Shown in pieces: positions 37,701-50,316 of a stretch of 64,000 bases of DNA (its first letter is position 1; each line of letters begins with the position of its first letter). Under the pieces are notes generated by a model. It was given only the letters and a program-made list of their open reading frames with translations. It was not told the origin of the DNA and did no database searches. A program made the position numbers and the translations under genes. The stretch is from assembly GCA_043228905.1 (NCBI GenBank), contig JBHGNT010000012.1:7316001-7380000 (forward strand), read 5' to 3'. The stretch is from Azolla caroliniana. Taxonomy: Eukaryota > Plantae > Polypodiophyta.

Positions 37701-40700
37701 TCTTTTATAGCCTAAGGAGAGAGGTCGTTACCACCCGTTACATCATGTTTATTCCTTGTCCTTTCGGACAGGGATACGCCTCGATTCTCTCCCTACTGAA
37801 TGCGTGCTACCTAGGATTTCGCCTCAGGCGACTTGTACCTACCTACGTACTATACAACAAAACTTGTGCCCATGTGTAAGGGCCGGTTTACGCACGTTAT
37901 ATACCCGTTTCCGCCTAGGGACGATTTTCTCCACGACAACGTTAACCATGGAGAAGCTGCTGCAACTAGTCCCACGCTTCTGCCAGACCATGGAAGAACG
38001 GGTGACGGGCATACCCGGGGTGAGCGTCGTTACGAACCTCACGGACGTTAGCGACGAACCATCTGTAGTGGATCACCACAACCCGGCTATTACATTGATA
38101 TTACGCGGACAGGAAATCCCAGGATGCGTAATCGATGGCGGCTCAAGCGTTAATGTAATTAGCGCCAAAACATGCGAGTAGTTAGGCATTTCAGAATGGG
38201 AGGCTTGCCCATTCTGGCTCCGTATGGCAGATACCCGCTCAGTACGACCATTGGGGTTGATACACAAGATAGGCATTATCGTGGGAGGACATCGCTTCGA
38301 CATCTCGACGGTAGTCCTCGCCCTGGATGCCCCAGGGGCATACCCTATGCTATTGGGCAGACCGTGGCTTCGGGCAGCAAATATCAAGCAAAGCTGGCAA
38401 CACAAGTGTATCAGTTTCCGACACGGATGCACCAAGGTTCGCGTACCTACGGAGGGAAGCGCGACACAATCCAAGGGTATAACACCATTATACGCGGAAG
38501 ATATAAATATGGTGGTTGGGGTGGAGGATGCAGAATTAGAGGCATACCTAGACGAGCACCCTCAGATTATTCCATTGTTCGAAATCGACGTCATCGCAAC
38601 CGCGGGAGAATATGCCACGACCACTATTCTCCACGACAAGGCTTACGAACCAAATCCAGAGTCAATATTGGAACTAAGCAGAGCGCGGGCAACATTCGAG
38701 AGGGAAATGGAAATTTCACGGTGAGTCACCGCCTCCGCCCTAGAAGAAGTAAATGTGGGTATGACGTCAGAACCCCGTCTTCTCTCCATCACAAAGGAAT
38801 TAAGGCCGGACCAGAGAGATGCGATGATCGAACTACTCAAGAAATATAAAGATGTGTTCTTCTAGGCTCACGAGGACATGAAGGGGTTAGATCCGAAGTT
38901 CTACCAACATAGGATCAATTTAGCAACCGACGCAAAACCCGTCCAACAGCACCGCTATTGCATGAACCCAAACTACGCGACCCACGTAAAAGAAGAAATT
39001 GACAAACTCCTTAAAGCGGGATTCATACGGCCAGTTAAACAAGCCACATGGTTAAGTTCGATAATAGTCATTCCAAAGAAAAACGACAAAATACGTGTAT
39101 GCGTGGATTACCGAAAATTAAACATCGTAACCATTACGGACGCATTCCCTTTACCATTCACCGATAGCGTACTAGACGTCGTCGCAGGACATGACATGTA
39201 CAATTTTTTAGATGGCTTCAATGGGTATAACCAAGTACGCATGCATCCCGATGACCAAGAGAAGACGACGTTTGTCACGGACCAGGGAGTCTATGTGGCA
39301 GTCGTCATGATGTTCGGGCTAAAGACGGCATCGGCGACATTTCAACGGACAATTACAGAGATCTTTGGGGAATATATTCCGGCATTCATGCAAGTTTTTT
39401 TAGACAACTTTGCAGTATATGGGAAAACAATCGACCATTTTACGCATTTGCAATTGTGCCTGGAACGTTGCCGCACCGCACGCTTAAGCCTGAATCCCGC
39501 GAAATGTGCCTTCGGCGTGACCAGCGAGACTCTCCTAGGCCATATAGTCAGTAAGGATGGAATAACGGTCAATCCGAACAGGATCTCCGCGATTACGCAA
39601 GCCAAAATTCTGACAAACACGAAATCACTCAGCCAGTTTTTAGGACAAATACGATGGCATAGTCGGATGATACGATACTTGGCGGACTTTGCCACGCCGT
39701 TACATGTTGCCATGCATCGGACTCCCTTCCAATGGACCACAACGGAGGACAAGGCCTATGAGGCGCTTAAGATAATGCTCACACAGGCACCCGTCGTACA
39801 ACCACCAGTTTGGGCGAAGCCATTCCACGTGTTCGTAGACGCCTTAGACATAGCAATAGGAAGTGCGCTAATGCAGCTCACCAAACCAAATTGGTATCGT
39901 CCAGTGTACTACGCTAGTCGCAAATTATCAACAGCAAAGCGTAACTATTCCACAACGGAGTGGGAGGCGTTAGGGATGATCTATAACATCAATAAATTCC
40001 AGCATTATCTGTTGGGGAGGAAATTCACGTCCACGTGGATCATTCTGCACTTATGTATTTGGTGGAGAAACAAGCACTGACGGGGAAATTGGCGCGATGG
40101 ATGTTGCTGCTTCAAGAATTTGATTTTGTAATTCAGCACTGCCCGGGGACGCAACACGTAGTGGCATATTTTTTGAGCAGACTCGATAATGGAGAAACAA
40201 TATAGAAGGACGACGACGACTTTCCGGACGCCGACATTCTGTGGGTCGCAGCACTAGCAGAAAGAACGGAATCGACCTTTCCGAACCGATGGCTTATGGA
40301 AATGATATACTTTTTTACTACGGGACGGCCTCCACCACAATTACGCACGGACAAGAAGAAACAATTCGTCGTCCGAAGTCGTAACTTCTGCCTGGTAGAA
40401 GGAATTTTATATCACAAAGGAAGTGATGGCATTTGGCGACGCGGGGTACGTCAGAATGAGAAAGAAGCAGTCTTATGGGAGGCTCACTACGGCATGACAG
40501 GCAACCATTACGCAGGCGATGTTACAGCCTGGAAAATATGGCAGGCAGCCCTATGGTGGCCGACTACACAGAAGGACGCATACAAGTATTGCAGAAAGTG
40601 TGATTTGTGTCAATGGATGGGCCAGCCCACGAGGGCGTGAGGATGCCACACCAACCCGTATTACCGTTAGACCCCTTCCAAAAGTGGGGATTGGATTTTG

Positions 40701-41572
40701 TGGGCCCCTTCACACCGACGGCGGCCCGTACGAGCAAATAAATACATATTGGTAGCCACGGATTATTGCACCAAGTGGGTAGAAGCAAAGGCACTACGAG
40801 AAAATACGGCGACCGTCACAGCGAGATTCCTTTACGAGCATATCTGGTGTCGGTTCGGCTGTCCGATTGAGCTTATCAGTGACCAGGGGAGCCACTTTCT
40901 CAATACGGTTGTTCGAGAACTAACACATCATTATGCCGTAGTCCACAAGAAGAGTACGCCATATTATCCACATGCGAATGGGTTAGCGGAATCCACCAAC
41001 AAGACGTTGCAGACCATCTTAAAGAAAATCGTCAATGAAAATAGAACAGACTGGGATACCAAATTATAGAGTGCGTTATGGGCATACAGAACCAACTACA
41101 AAACAAGCATACAGTCAACACCGTTTCGGCTAGCGTTTGGGCTGGAGGTCGTGATGCCGGTAGAGTTTCAGATACCCAATTTACGCATTCAGGTACGGGA
41201 CCGACTATCAGAAGCCAAGTCGGAGGAGGTACGGCTCCACCAGCTACTCGAACTTGGCGAAAAACGTGTACACAACATGGTTGTGTTGGAGCTGGAACAA
41301 CGACGGCGTAAAGCGTTTGTGGATTGACATCGGAACGCACGGGAAAAGGATTTCGCGGTCGGTCGAGCGGTACTGGTTTTCCAAACCCGCATGGCCATAT
41401 GCCAAGGACGTTACGATTCCGCTGGACAAGCCCGTACTGGATAATAGGAGCAGAACAAGGCACGTTCCAACTAGGCACGCTGGCCGGGGAAATCTTACGA
41501 CAAAAGGTGAATGGGTTCCACCTTAAACCTTACTGGGGCCCTACGCCACCTAACCCATTCACCGTCAGATAG
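34703..41572 (+). pseudogene. Gag-pol of the inner gypsy (interrupted at 36116-37938)
   Basis: Gag YPRFNGETD, zinc knuckles CTICLNSGHSAVEC and CPIxHSKAH, protease VIDGGSSVNVI, RT RVCVDYRKLN/MMFGLK/FLDNF, RNase H VFVDA..YYASRKL, integrase [25 protein letters not shown]. Confidence 0.9.
36116..37938 (-). mobile_element. Truncated third gypsy-type element (5' LTR + PBS + gag)
   Basis: LTR 37248-37938 has TGTCG/CGACA ends. The minus-strand PBS TGGTGAACTTGACGTG is tRNA-Trp-like. Gag ORF 37230-36436 continues by frameshift to ~36116, with a decayed zinc knuckle CLWCDAVDNARKDC. The left boundary is a deletion junction with no TSD. Confidence 0.8.
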
Positions 41573-42621
41573 GACAAAGCCGGAGAACCCGCGGCATAAG
41601 TGGACGGCCCCACTTGTATCATAATGTAAAAATAGGTTGTATGTAACCGTTATGAAAAAAGAAAGAAAAAAAAGAAAAAGAGAAGATAGCGACGCGATTA
41701 AAAAAGAACTGAATGCATGCACAAACTTCTAGATCAAGAACATGCGGCACCACGATGGCTCACCGCCCAATGAACCCTAGCCCACAAAATAGAAACCCAC
41801 CTCCTAACTCTCATCGCTCTCATCGCTCCCCTCCCTCACCTTCTCCTCCATCCTATCACAGAGCTCAAGCCCACCGCAACCACCAATCTCCTCCCCACGA
41901 GCCTACTCTAGCTATGCCAATCTTTATCTCTACCGCCTTACGTCGATGGCTCGTGGAGAAACGCCTGGATGGGTACATCAGGGTCGCAGAGGCACCTCCA
42001 CACCCGGATGCGTTGAACATCGCCAGAAAGCTCAATATCGACACAATCACCAACTCTTCCATCCGGAAAAAGTTGGACCTGTCATCACTAGGTGAGAGGC
42101 ATTTCAAAATCCCTCCTGCAGAGTCGCTGTAGAGATATTTCGGCCCATATTCCTCCTCCGCCAAGGCCTATAGAATGAAGCAGATCCCGGATCCCTTTTT
42201 CCGTGAAGTCGCCAAGTTCCTATTAGAGGTCGAATGCGTACACGTAAATGCATATGGGATGCCCAAGCAGAAGGCAAGTATCATTATTGATACCTTTGAA
42301 GGGCGTGCGGTCGATTGGGGAGTCATCACGGGGCCGGCGTTAAGGGTAGGCCTGCATGCGTATCAAGGAGGCAAGAAGCTCAGGCTGATCATACAATAGT
42401 ACCTGGCGGTGCTATTCCCACCTCGAGGCCTGCCGGCACCGCAACCCAGCAGATCCACGCCTCCGCCCCGATCCGCGAAGCGCAGGTTAGCGGAGTTAGT
42501 TGCCACAAAGTGGGAGGATGAACCCCAACCCACCCAGCCGGACACACGAACAATGCCGGAAGAGCAGGCAGCGCGCTCCGCGGAAGCGGCACTAGAGCCA
42601 GATGCTGAACCACGGCAGGAT

Positions 42622-45600
42622 TGTTGTGAACAAGGCCGTCAATGTGTAGGATCAAACACCATTCGATTAGGGTTGAATACCTGCGTATGATCGTTTCTGA
42701 GGTCGTGCACAGAGATGGAGAGAGAGAGAGAGAGACAGAGACAGAGAGGCACAAAAGACTCTTTATTCAATAGAAAAAGAATACAACACCCAACCTTACA
42801 AAAAGGTTACAAGGTCACTTTATATAGTGACCGACTTAGGGCAACTACCCTTTACGCTAATTACACAAAAGGCCCAAACTAGAGCTATACAAGGGATAGT
42901 GTGAATACGTCCATTATACACTTGTATTCGACACTCCCCCGTAATGGGCGTATACATGGGTTATCTAAGATTACAGGTATGAACCTAGGTTCTCGGACAT
43001 ATCCGTTTTGTTCGAGTCGGCAGGGTCCGAAGGCAGAAGACCGGACTGGTCGGGTCGGAAGAGTTGAAGCCGATCATTAAGGAACTGATGTCGGTTGTCC
43101 GAAACCATCCTGCGCTGTGTCCGGCTCTAACCGGACTGGTTTGTCGTTACGCCCATCTGATGCCGAAGGGACCGAAAGCGGTCTGCCGAAAGACACTTGG
43201 TCATTCCATCTGCGACATTGTCGGTTGTGGATATTTTCTCTAGACCGATTTTCCCTGAAATGACGCAGTCCCGAACGAAGTGATACCGAACGTCGATATG
43301 TTTGGAGGCGTTGTGGTGAACCGGATTTCTCGACAAGGCAACAGCACCTTGACTGTCGCTATAAACAACTGGGGCCGAGTCATGGTCGACTTGTCGGAAC
43401 GTGTGCGCCAGCCGGCCGAGCCACAAAGCTTCTTTTGCAGCGTCGGACGCAGCTACATATTCTGCTTCGGTCGTTGAGGTCGCTGTGCACTCCTGAAGTT
43501 TCGACTTCCACGAAATTGCTCCATTGCCGAATTTGAAGCAGTATCCAGTTGTTGATTTCCGACTGTCTATACAGCCGGCGAAGTCCGAGTCGGTGTAACC
43601 GACTACGCATGAGGTTGAGTTCGGGCCGAAAAGAATGCCGTGATCTTTTGTGCCAGCCAGATATTTGAACACATGCTTGACTGCGTTCCAATGCGATCGG
43701 CCAGGATTGTGCATAAATCTGCTAACGACTCCTACGGCATGAGAGATATCAGGCCGTGTCGCGACCATCAGGTACATAAGGGAGCCGACTGCCGGTGCAT
43801 ACGGTACCGACTTCATATCTTCCCCCTCCGGACCGGATGTCGGGCAGTCTCGCTGAGAGAGCCGAAGATTCATGGGGAGCGGGGTTGAAGCAGATTTGGC
43901 TGATTGCATGTTGAAGCGTTCCAAGACACGTCCAATATAGTCGGTCTGAGACAAAAAAAGATGTCGTTTATCGTGATGCCGACTAATCTTCATGCCAAGG
44001 ATGTGTCGTGCCGGACCGAGGTCCTTCATGGCAAACTTCAACCGCAGTTGCCGAATGAGATCGGCAAGTTCGCCCGCGTGGCGTCCAGAAATTAGCATGT
44101 CGCCCACGTAAATGATGAGGAAGATGGGTGATCCATCTTGAGCTGTGTTGGTAAAAAGACAATGGTCCTCATCGCTTTTTGAGAAGCCGATCGATTGGAT
44201 GAAGTCGTCGAACTTCTTGTACCATTGTCGCGGTGCCTGTTTGAGGCCGTATAGACTCTTCCTGAGTCGGCAGACTAGATGTTCTTGGCCAGTTGCCACG
44301 AAGCCTTTTGGCTGCTCCATATAAATTTCCTCTTCAAGATCACCATGGAGGAAGGCTGTTTTGACATCTAGCTGAATCAGCTCCAGGTTGTCGGCTGCCA
44401 CTACGCCGAGTAGAAAACGAAGGGTTGTCATTTTCACCACTGGTGAGAAAATCTCGTCGAAGTCGACGCCATATTCTTGTCGGAAGCCCTTCGCAACCAA
44501 TCTGGCCTTGTACTTTGGGGTGGGCGAATCAGACGTCTCTTTTAGTCGATAAACCCACTTGCAAGGAAGAGCACGTCGATTCTTAGGTAGTTCGACCAGA
44601 TCCCAAGTCTTGTTTGCCCGAATGGAGTGCATTTCCGACTCCATCGCCAGATGCCAGGTGGCGGAATCGACAGATGTCGATGCTTCTTCGTAAGACGTCG
44701 GTTCGCCGGCGTCGGTGAAGAAAATTCCAGGAGAATACCTCTCCGGAGGTTGCGACAGTCTCTCGGATCGTCGAGGAATGATTGGACTGGTCGCATCGGG
44801 TATCGAGGTCGGATGGTCCGAAAGCGAATCATTCGGCTGTACCGAGTCAGAGTTGTCTGAGTCGGTAGTGTAAGGTTCAGCTACCCGTGAAGCTGACCGT
44901 GTGTTAAGAGCGGGGCCTTCTTGAAGGGTCGGCACATCGGAAAATGTTACCCTTCGGACTTCGATCGGTGTTTCGACTGATGGAATCATAGCCGACTCGT
45001 TGAACACAACGTCCGAACTTCGAACGATTTGTCTGCGTTCGGGGTCCCAGAGTCGGTATCCCATTTCGCCGTCTGTTCCATATCCAAGGAAAATGCATTT
45101 CCTGGACCGAGGTGCAAGTTTTCGGCGATCATCTTTCGGAATAAGGGCGTACGCCTCGCATCCGAAGATCCTCAGCTTGTCGTAATTCGGCTTACTGCCG
45201 ATCCATAGTTCCTGAGGAATTTGAAGTCCTAGAGGTCTGCTTGGCGACATATTGATTATGTGTACTGCCGTGAGTAGAGCCTCTGCCCAGAAGCCATCCG
45301 ACAGTCCGGAGTGTTGGAGCATGGAAACGATCCGTTCTTGGATTGTCCGATTCATGCGTTCTGCAATCCCGTTTTGCTCCGGACTATGTGGTGCCGTAAA
45401 TTCACGTCGGATGCCGCGTTGTCGGCAGAATTTGACGAATTCTTCTGATTTGAACTCTCCCCCATTGTCGGTCCGAAAGCATTTCAGTTTTCGGTCGGTT
45501 TGATTTTCTACCATAGCGAGCCAATCGGAGAAGATCGAGAAGACACGATCTTTGGTGCGAATTGGATAAGCCCACACCTTTCGAGTCGAATCGTCAATAA

Positions 45601-48155
45601 AACTGACGAAGTAAGAGGCACCACCGAGAGACTGATGCGGCATTGGGCCACAGACGTCCGAGTGGACTAAATCGAGAGGTCTCATTTCTCTTGGTGCTGA
45701 TGTCGGGTGTGATGCGGCTGCTTGTTTGCCATACTGGCAATGTTCGCAGAATTGATGGTCCGAGAAGGAGAGTTTAGGGATGTATCCGGCTCTAGATAGG
45801 TGCGTGATGCCGGCCTTGCTGAGCTGTCCTAATCTTCTGTGCCATAGTGATGACACGGGAATATCCACCAAAAACAGGTTACCCTCTCTGAGCGTAACAT
45901 GTAACGGATACAGTGAGTGTATCTTGGGTCCTCTAGCAAGCAGGAGGTTCCCCCTGTGGAGTGTCCACCCTCCCGAAGAAAAACCGGCACGAATGCCGTC
46001 TTCATCTAGTTGTCGGACTGAGATCAATGGCCTTGAGAGCTCGGGTACATGTCGGACATTGTGAAGTACAAGTGTAGAGCCACCTGCAAGGTTGAGCTCT
46101 ACTGTGTCGATTCCAATGATGTCACAGTGTTGCGAGTTGCCGACTCGAACTGAGTCGGAGTGACGGATCGTATATTGCCGAAATTGGGATCGATGAGGAG
46201 TCACGTGAAATGACGCGCCCGAATCTAAGAGCCATGTGCTCGATTCTTCAGTCGTGAGCAGAACTTCTGATCCGACTGGATTTTCGATTGATAGTATATT
46301 CGGGTCGTTTGGTAGCACATCAGCTGAGAAGCTGACGTAGTTGATCTCCTCATGCCGGCCACTCTTCTTGTCTGTTTTCTGAGACTTGTCGTTCTTGTTC
46401 TTGAGTGCGCGGCAGTCGGCTTTGATGTGTCCGGGTTTCTTGCAATAGTTGCAGATTTGATTATCCCGTGACTGGCTCCGTCTTCGCTGATTGTTCGGCT
46501 GCCGTGAGGAATCTCTTCCTCGTATGTTCGATCGGTCTGTCGAACCTTGTACTACATAAGCGTCGTCTGTTGAGTCTTTGGCGAAAGACTTTCTCCAAGC
46601 TGCTTCGGTCAGGATTGCGCTCGTGACTTCGGAGTATTTAACAGCCGTGGTTGACGCGTTGCACACGGTTGTGACGAAAGTTTCCCATGATGAGGGAAGG
46701 CTGCTCATGAGTATCATTGCTCTGAGTTCATCCTCGATTGCCGTCCCCTGAGATGAGATTTGGGAGCTTATGCTTTCGTACTCATTGAGATGTGCTTGAA
46801 CCGAATCGGATTCTTTCATCCGCAAGTTGTAGAGGCGCCGGATCAGAAACATCTTCGTTGCGGCGACCTTCTTTTCGTAGGTGTCCGACAGTGTTTTCCA
46901 CAGTTCGAATGCTGTCGTACACGATTGCACCGTAAAGTATACCGATTCCGATAGGTGCATCCAAATCGTGGCGCGGACGATTCTGTCCAGCTTCTGCCAC
47001 TCAATTGGTTTGTATCCTTCTGGAGGTTCTTCATTTTCGATGGGATCGATTTGCCCCTTGACTATGAGATAGTCCTGCATTTGCTCCTTCCAGAAGTTGA
47101 AGTTCGATCCATCGAACTTTCGTAGACTCATTTCTGACGAGCCGGATGTGGATGCCATCAAATTTGGTTTCGGTTGACGAAGCTCGGTTCGGAGTTGACT
47201 ATGAACCTTGTTGGAGTGCAGCCGATTGGCTCACCCGATATCGTTCTAGTCGGATTTGAACCCGAGTCGGTTCGGCTTCGGATATATGTATTGTTGAACT
47301 TGCTCGAAGTGACTCCGGTAACTTGAGGGACAGAACCGACTGGTCTTCCCGAATGTTGCCGAGTCGGAGTGAGCCCGGTTCGTTTCCGAATATATATGCC
47401 GAATACCGATTATTGAAACCGATTGTCTGGACCGATTCTGCTTCGGGTGACTGCAGCGACGAGAGAGACGGATCCAACTGATCCTCCCGAATGTCGATCA
47501 GCCGGATGAAGCACGAATTGGGGTTGTTGTCTTGAGACCGATCTGCACCGAGTGGTTACAATGAGCGGCGCGCAGCGTTTGATGACCTCTTCGGATGCCG
47601 TTTAACCGAGTGGAGCACGATCGTGTCAATGTTGCACAAGGGGACTTCACCTCGAGCAGTTACGATCACAGGGAACAGAGTACAGCCGGCTGGCTTACTC
47701 CAGGCAAAGATGATCTAACGCGATGAGATGCAAGCCTCGTTTTTCTTCTTCTCTCTTCTTCGAATGACGCAGGAAACCGAATGCTGTGCAAGCTGAGACG
47801 ACGGCCGACAGCGGATTGAAGGACCGAATGCTCTGATACCAGATGTTGTGAACAAGGCCGTCAATGTGTAGGATCAAACACCATTCGATTAGGGTTGAAT
47901 ACCTGCGTATGATCGTTTCTGAGGTCATGCACAGAGATGGAGAGAGAGAGAGAGACAGAGAGACAGAGAGGCACAAAAGACTCTTTATTCAATAGAAAAA
48001 GAATACAACACCCAACCTTACAAAAAGGTTACAAGGTCACTTTATATAGTGACCGACTTAGGGCAACTACCCTTTACGCTAATTACACAAAAGGCCCAAA
48101 CTAGAGCTATACAAGGGATAGTGTGAATACGTCCATTATACACTTGTATTCGACA
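42622..48155 (-). mobile_element. Young full-length Ty1/copia element
   Basis: 312-bp LTRs 47844-48155 and 42622-42933 are almost identical. PBS TGGTATCAGAGC (47841-47830), PPT GGGGGAG next to 42933, perfect TSD AGGAT (42617-42621 / 48156-48160). Confidence 0.97.
43127..47161 (-). CDS. Copia gag-pol polyprotein, 1344 aa, uninterrupted
   Basis: [99 protein letters not shown]. The RT motif reads YVGD. Confidence 0.95.
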   Translation of the reverse strand: MMASTSGSSEMSLRKFDGSNFNFWKEQMQDYLIVKGQIDPIENEEPPEGYKPIEWQKLDRIVRATIWMHLSESVYFTVQSCTTAFELWKTLSDTYEKKVAATKMFLIRRLYNLRMKESDSVQAHLNEYESISSQISSQGTAIEDELRAMILMSSLPSSWETFVTTVCNASTTAVKYSEVTSAILTEAAWRKSFAKDSTDDAYVVQGSTDRSNIRGRDSSRQPNNQRRRSQSRDNQICNYCKKPGHIKADCRALKNKNDKSQKTDKKSGRHEEINYVSFSADVLPNDPNILSIENPVGSEVLLTTEESSTWLLDSGASFHVTPHRSQFRQYTIRHSDSVRVGNSQHCDIIGIDTVELNLAGGSTLVLHNVRHVPELSRPLISVRQLDEDGIRAGFSSGGWTLHRGNLLLARGPKIHSLYPLHVTLREGNLFLVDIPVSSLWHRRLGQLSKAGITHLSRAGYIPKLSFSDHQFCEHCQYGKQAAASHPTSAPREMRPLDLVHSDVCGPMPHQSLGGASYFVSFIDDSTRKVWAYPIRTKDRVFSIFSDWLAMVENQTDRKLKCFRTDNGGEFKSEEFVKFCRQRGIRREFTAPHSPEQNGIAERMNRTIQERIVSMLQHSGLSDGFWAEALLTAVHIINMSPSRPLGLQIPQELWIGSKPNYDKLRIFGCEAYALIPKDDRRKLAPRSRKCIFLGYGTDGEMGYRLWDPERRQIVRSSDVVFNESAMIPSVETPIEVRRVTFSDVPTLQEGPALNTRSASRVAEPYTTDSDNSDSVQPNDSLSDHPTSIPDATSPIIPRRSERLSQPPERYSPGIFFTDAGEPTSYEEASTSVDSATWHLAMESEMHSIRANKTWDLVELPKNRRALPCKWVYRLKETSDSPTPKYKARLVAKGFRQEYGVDFDEIFSPVVKMTTLRFLLGVVAADNLELIQLDVKTAFLHGDLEEEIYMEQPKGFVATGQEHLVCRLRKSLYGLKQAPRQWYKKFDDFIQSIGFSKSDEDHCLFTNTAQDGSPIFLIIYVGDMLISGRHAGELADLIRQLRLKFAMKDLGPARHILGMKISRHHDKRHLFLSQTDYIGRVLERFNMQSAKSASTPLPMNLRLSQRDCPTSGPEGEDMKSVPYAPAVGSLMYLMVATRPDISHAVGVVSRFMHNPGRSHWNAVKHVFKYLAGTKDHGILFGPNSTSCVVGYTDSDFAGCIDSRKSTTGYCFKFGNGAISWKSKLQECTATSTTEAEYVAASDAAKEALWLGRLAHTFRQVDHDSAPVVYSDSQGAVALSRNPVHHNASKHIDVRYHFVRDCVISGKIGLEKISTTDNVADGMTKCLSADRFRSLRHQMGVTTNQSG

Positions 48156-50316
48156 AGGATAGCCCCCGACCGAAACGGTGGAGGCTGGACAGGAAAGATG
48201 GGCGGGGATTAGTTAAAGACGTACCCGCGGCGGCAGAGACAACGATCGAAGGCGATGGCTCTGCCTCTACGGAGCCCAACACCACCTTCGAAATCAACCG
48301 GGAGCCACGGCCGATCATGAGGGCCTAGTCACAACGAGGGAAATCTGTATTGACAGCGGAAAGCGAGGTTTTGGCATATCCGGATATCCCGGACACGGAC
48401 CATGAGTTCAACGCCCTCTTGCAGTTCGGAACCTCTTTTGAAGTCATGCAATTCTTGGCAACGCAACAGATAAAGGCCTCACAACGAATGGCCGAGGAGC
48501 ACGCGGAGCGCCAAATGATCGAGCGCGCCTTAACACAAACGGTGGAGAGCGACGATGAGGACCGGTTAGCCAGAGTCGATGATAGACAGAGGAACATCGG
48601 TATACGCCGAGTGGGGATGGAGTTACCCCCATTAAACACGCCCCTAGTTGAAGTCCATAGGGAACTGGCAAAGGTCAGCACGGGCGCCAAGGAGATGGCC
48701 ATTAAAAATAAGAATGTCTAGAAGAAGGTGAAACTGACTCAAGCTGAGCTGCAAAAAGCCAACGAACGCATCGCGGAGTTGGAAACTAACACGACTACGG
48801 CGCAACAGGCAACTCCGCCACCAAACCACGCCATCGACGCCTTGAAGGAAGAGATTGAAGCTCAGACCGCCATTGCCTCAAAAACAAAAAGGGTCGTACA
48901 ACTAGCGGAATCAGAAATTGACCGCCTTCGCGCTCAACTTCGCCAATCCTCAGACAAGGAAAAGGACATCCGGGCCAATGGCCGAAAGGCAGTAAAAACC
49001 CTTGAAGAGAAACTCGCTGCGGGGGTAGCACAGCACACCCAGACAAAAGAAGAAAACGCCCAATTACGGGAAGAAGCGAAGAAATTGGAGGCGGCAATAG
49101 CAGGACTCTGGACCTTATTGGAGAAAAAGAAGGTATGGTTCAACGAGCAGCTGGTGGGCGAATAGGAAAGAAGGCATCATCTCGAAATCCGCCTAAACAA
49201 TGAAATGGGGAAATTAGAAGAACTCCATGCAAAGGAATCCCAACTGTGGGCGGGCCTGAAGAGCGTGTATGAAGAAGCGGCGGCAATTAATCAACAAGAA
49301 ATTGCAAACCTCAAGAAGTCTGTGGAAGAAGCACGCAACCGTTGCCAGGCCATCACAGACAACGTGCGTATCCTTCTACAAACGAATCGGGAGAGGTTCA
49401 CAGCGCAGTTGAAAACGACGCTAGACAAAGGATGGATGGCGTGGGCAGCCCAAGCGGCGGAATTGCACGTGTATCGTGCGGACTGGGAGAACCAGCGAAA
49501 AGACGGTCGAGGTTTCTATAAACTCAATGAGGAGAGCATTGCGGCAATACGCGAGGACCTAGCGTAGGACTATCGCGCGCTAGCGGACCAACATTCCGAA
49601 GAACTCACGCAACTATTAGATGATTTTGGTGAAAGCCAGGAGGAGCTGTTTCACCAAATCACACAAGCCAGCAACACATGAACAAATGACGAATCCATCA
49701 CGACACCAATTCCGGACACTGCCGAAGAAGAGGAACCTCAGGCCAGGTCACCAGAAATTAACATTACGGTGAATAGCGCGGAACGACGAGCGGAATCCCC
49801 CACATTACCCGACAGCGAAACCGCTGCCCAAGAGGAACCCCATCTACCTGAGAATATGCTATCGGCCGACCACACGGAGAACGTTGCGAACCAAGCGGAA
49901 CCGCAACCCCACTCCCCAGAGCGTACAACGATGACCGCCACCACGGAGGAAGTGACGGATGAGACAGAGCCATGACCGACCACAAGCGCGCCAACAATTG
50001 AGCCCAACCCCCTAGCCCAAGAAGAGCCCATAGAGCCCGGACCGCCCACACAGGACGATCACGACACCAGGAGAAGCCCTCCCGACCAAACAGGGGAACC
50101 ACACCACGATGCACCTACGGGCCCTACGTCGTCCCTAGACGCGGACACCGTAGCAGAGCCAAACATGCATGCCATTTTGGAAGAAGATTAACGGGATGGG
50201 TTCGACGTGCCATGGCACTATCCCACAGGCGTGCCAGGTGTTGTCCGCCGAAATAGTAACCGACGGACAAGAGCGCAGGAATAGGGAATAGTATAAGATT
50301 GTAACGCATATAACGG

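Larger units (their letters stand above)
41755..50136 (+). pseudogene. Additional sense ORF downstream of integrase in the inner gypsy (41755-42621 + 48161-~50136): globular N-terminal domain, long coiled coil, acidic tail
   Basis: Same-frame ORF pieces (41713, 42175, 42409, then 48350, 48728, 49205, 49769) are separated by single stops and rejoin across the copia TSD (..EPRQD|SPRPKR..). Confidence 0.75.

Noticed and set aside
41755-50136. Envelope (env) gene
   Set aside because: No evident signal peptide or transmembrane helix. The sequence is charged and coiled-coil-like.
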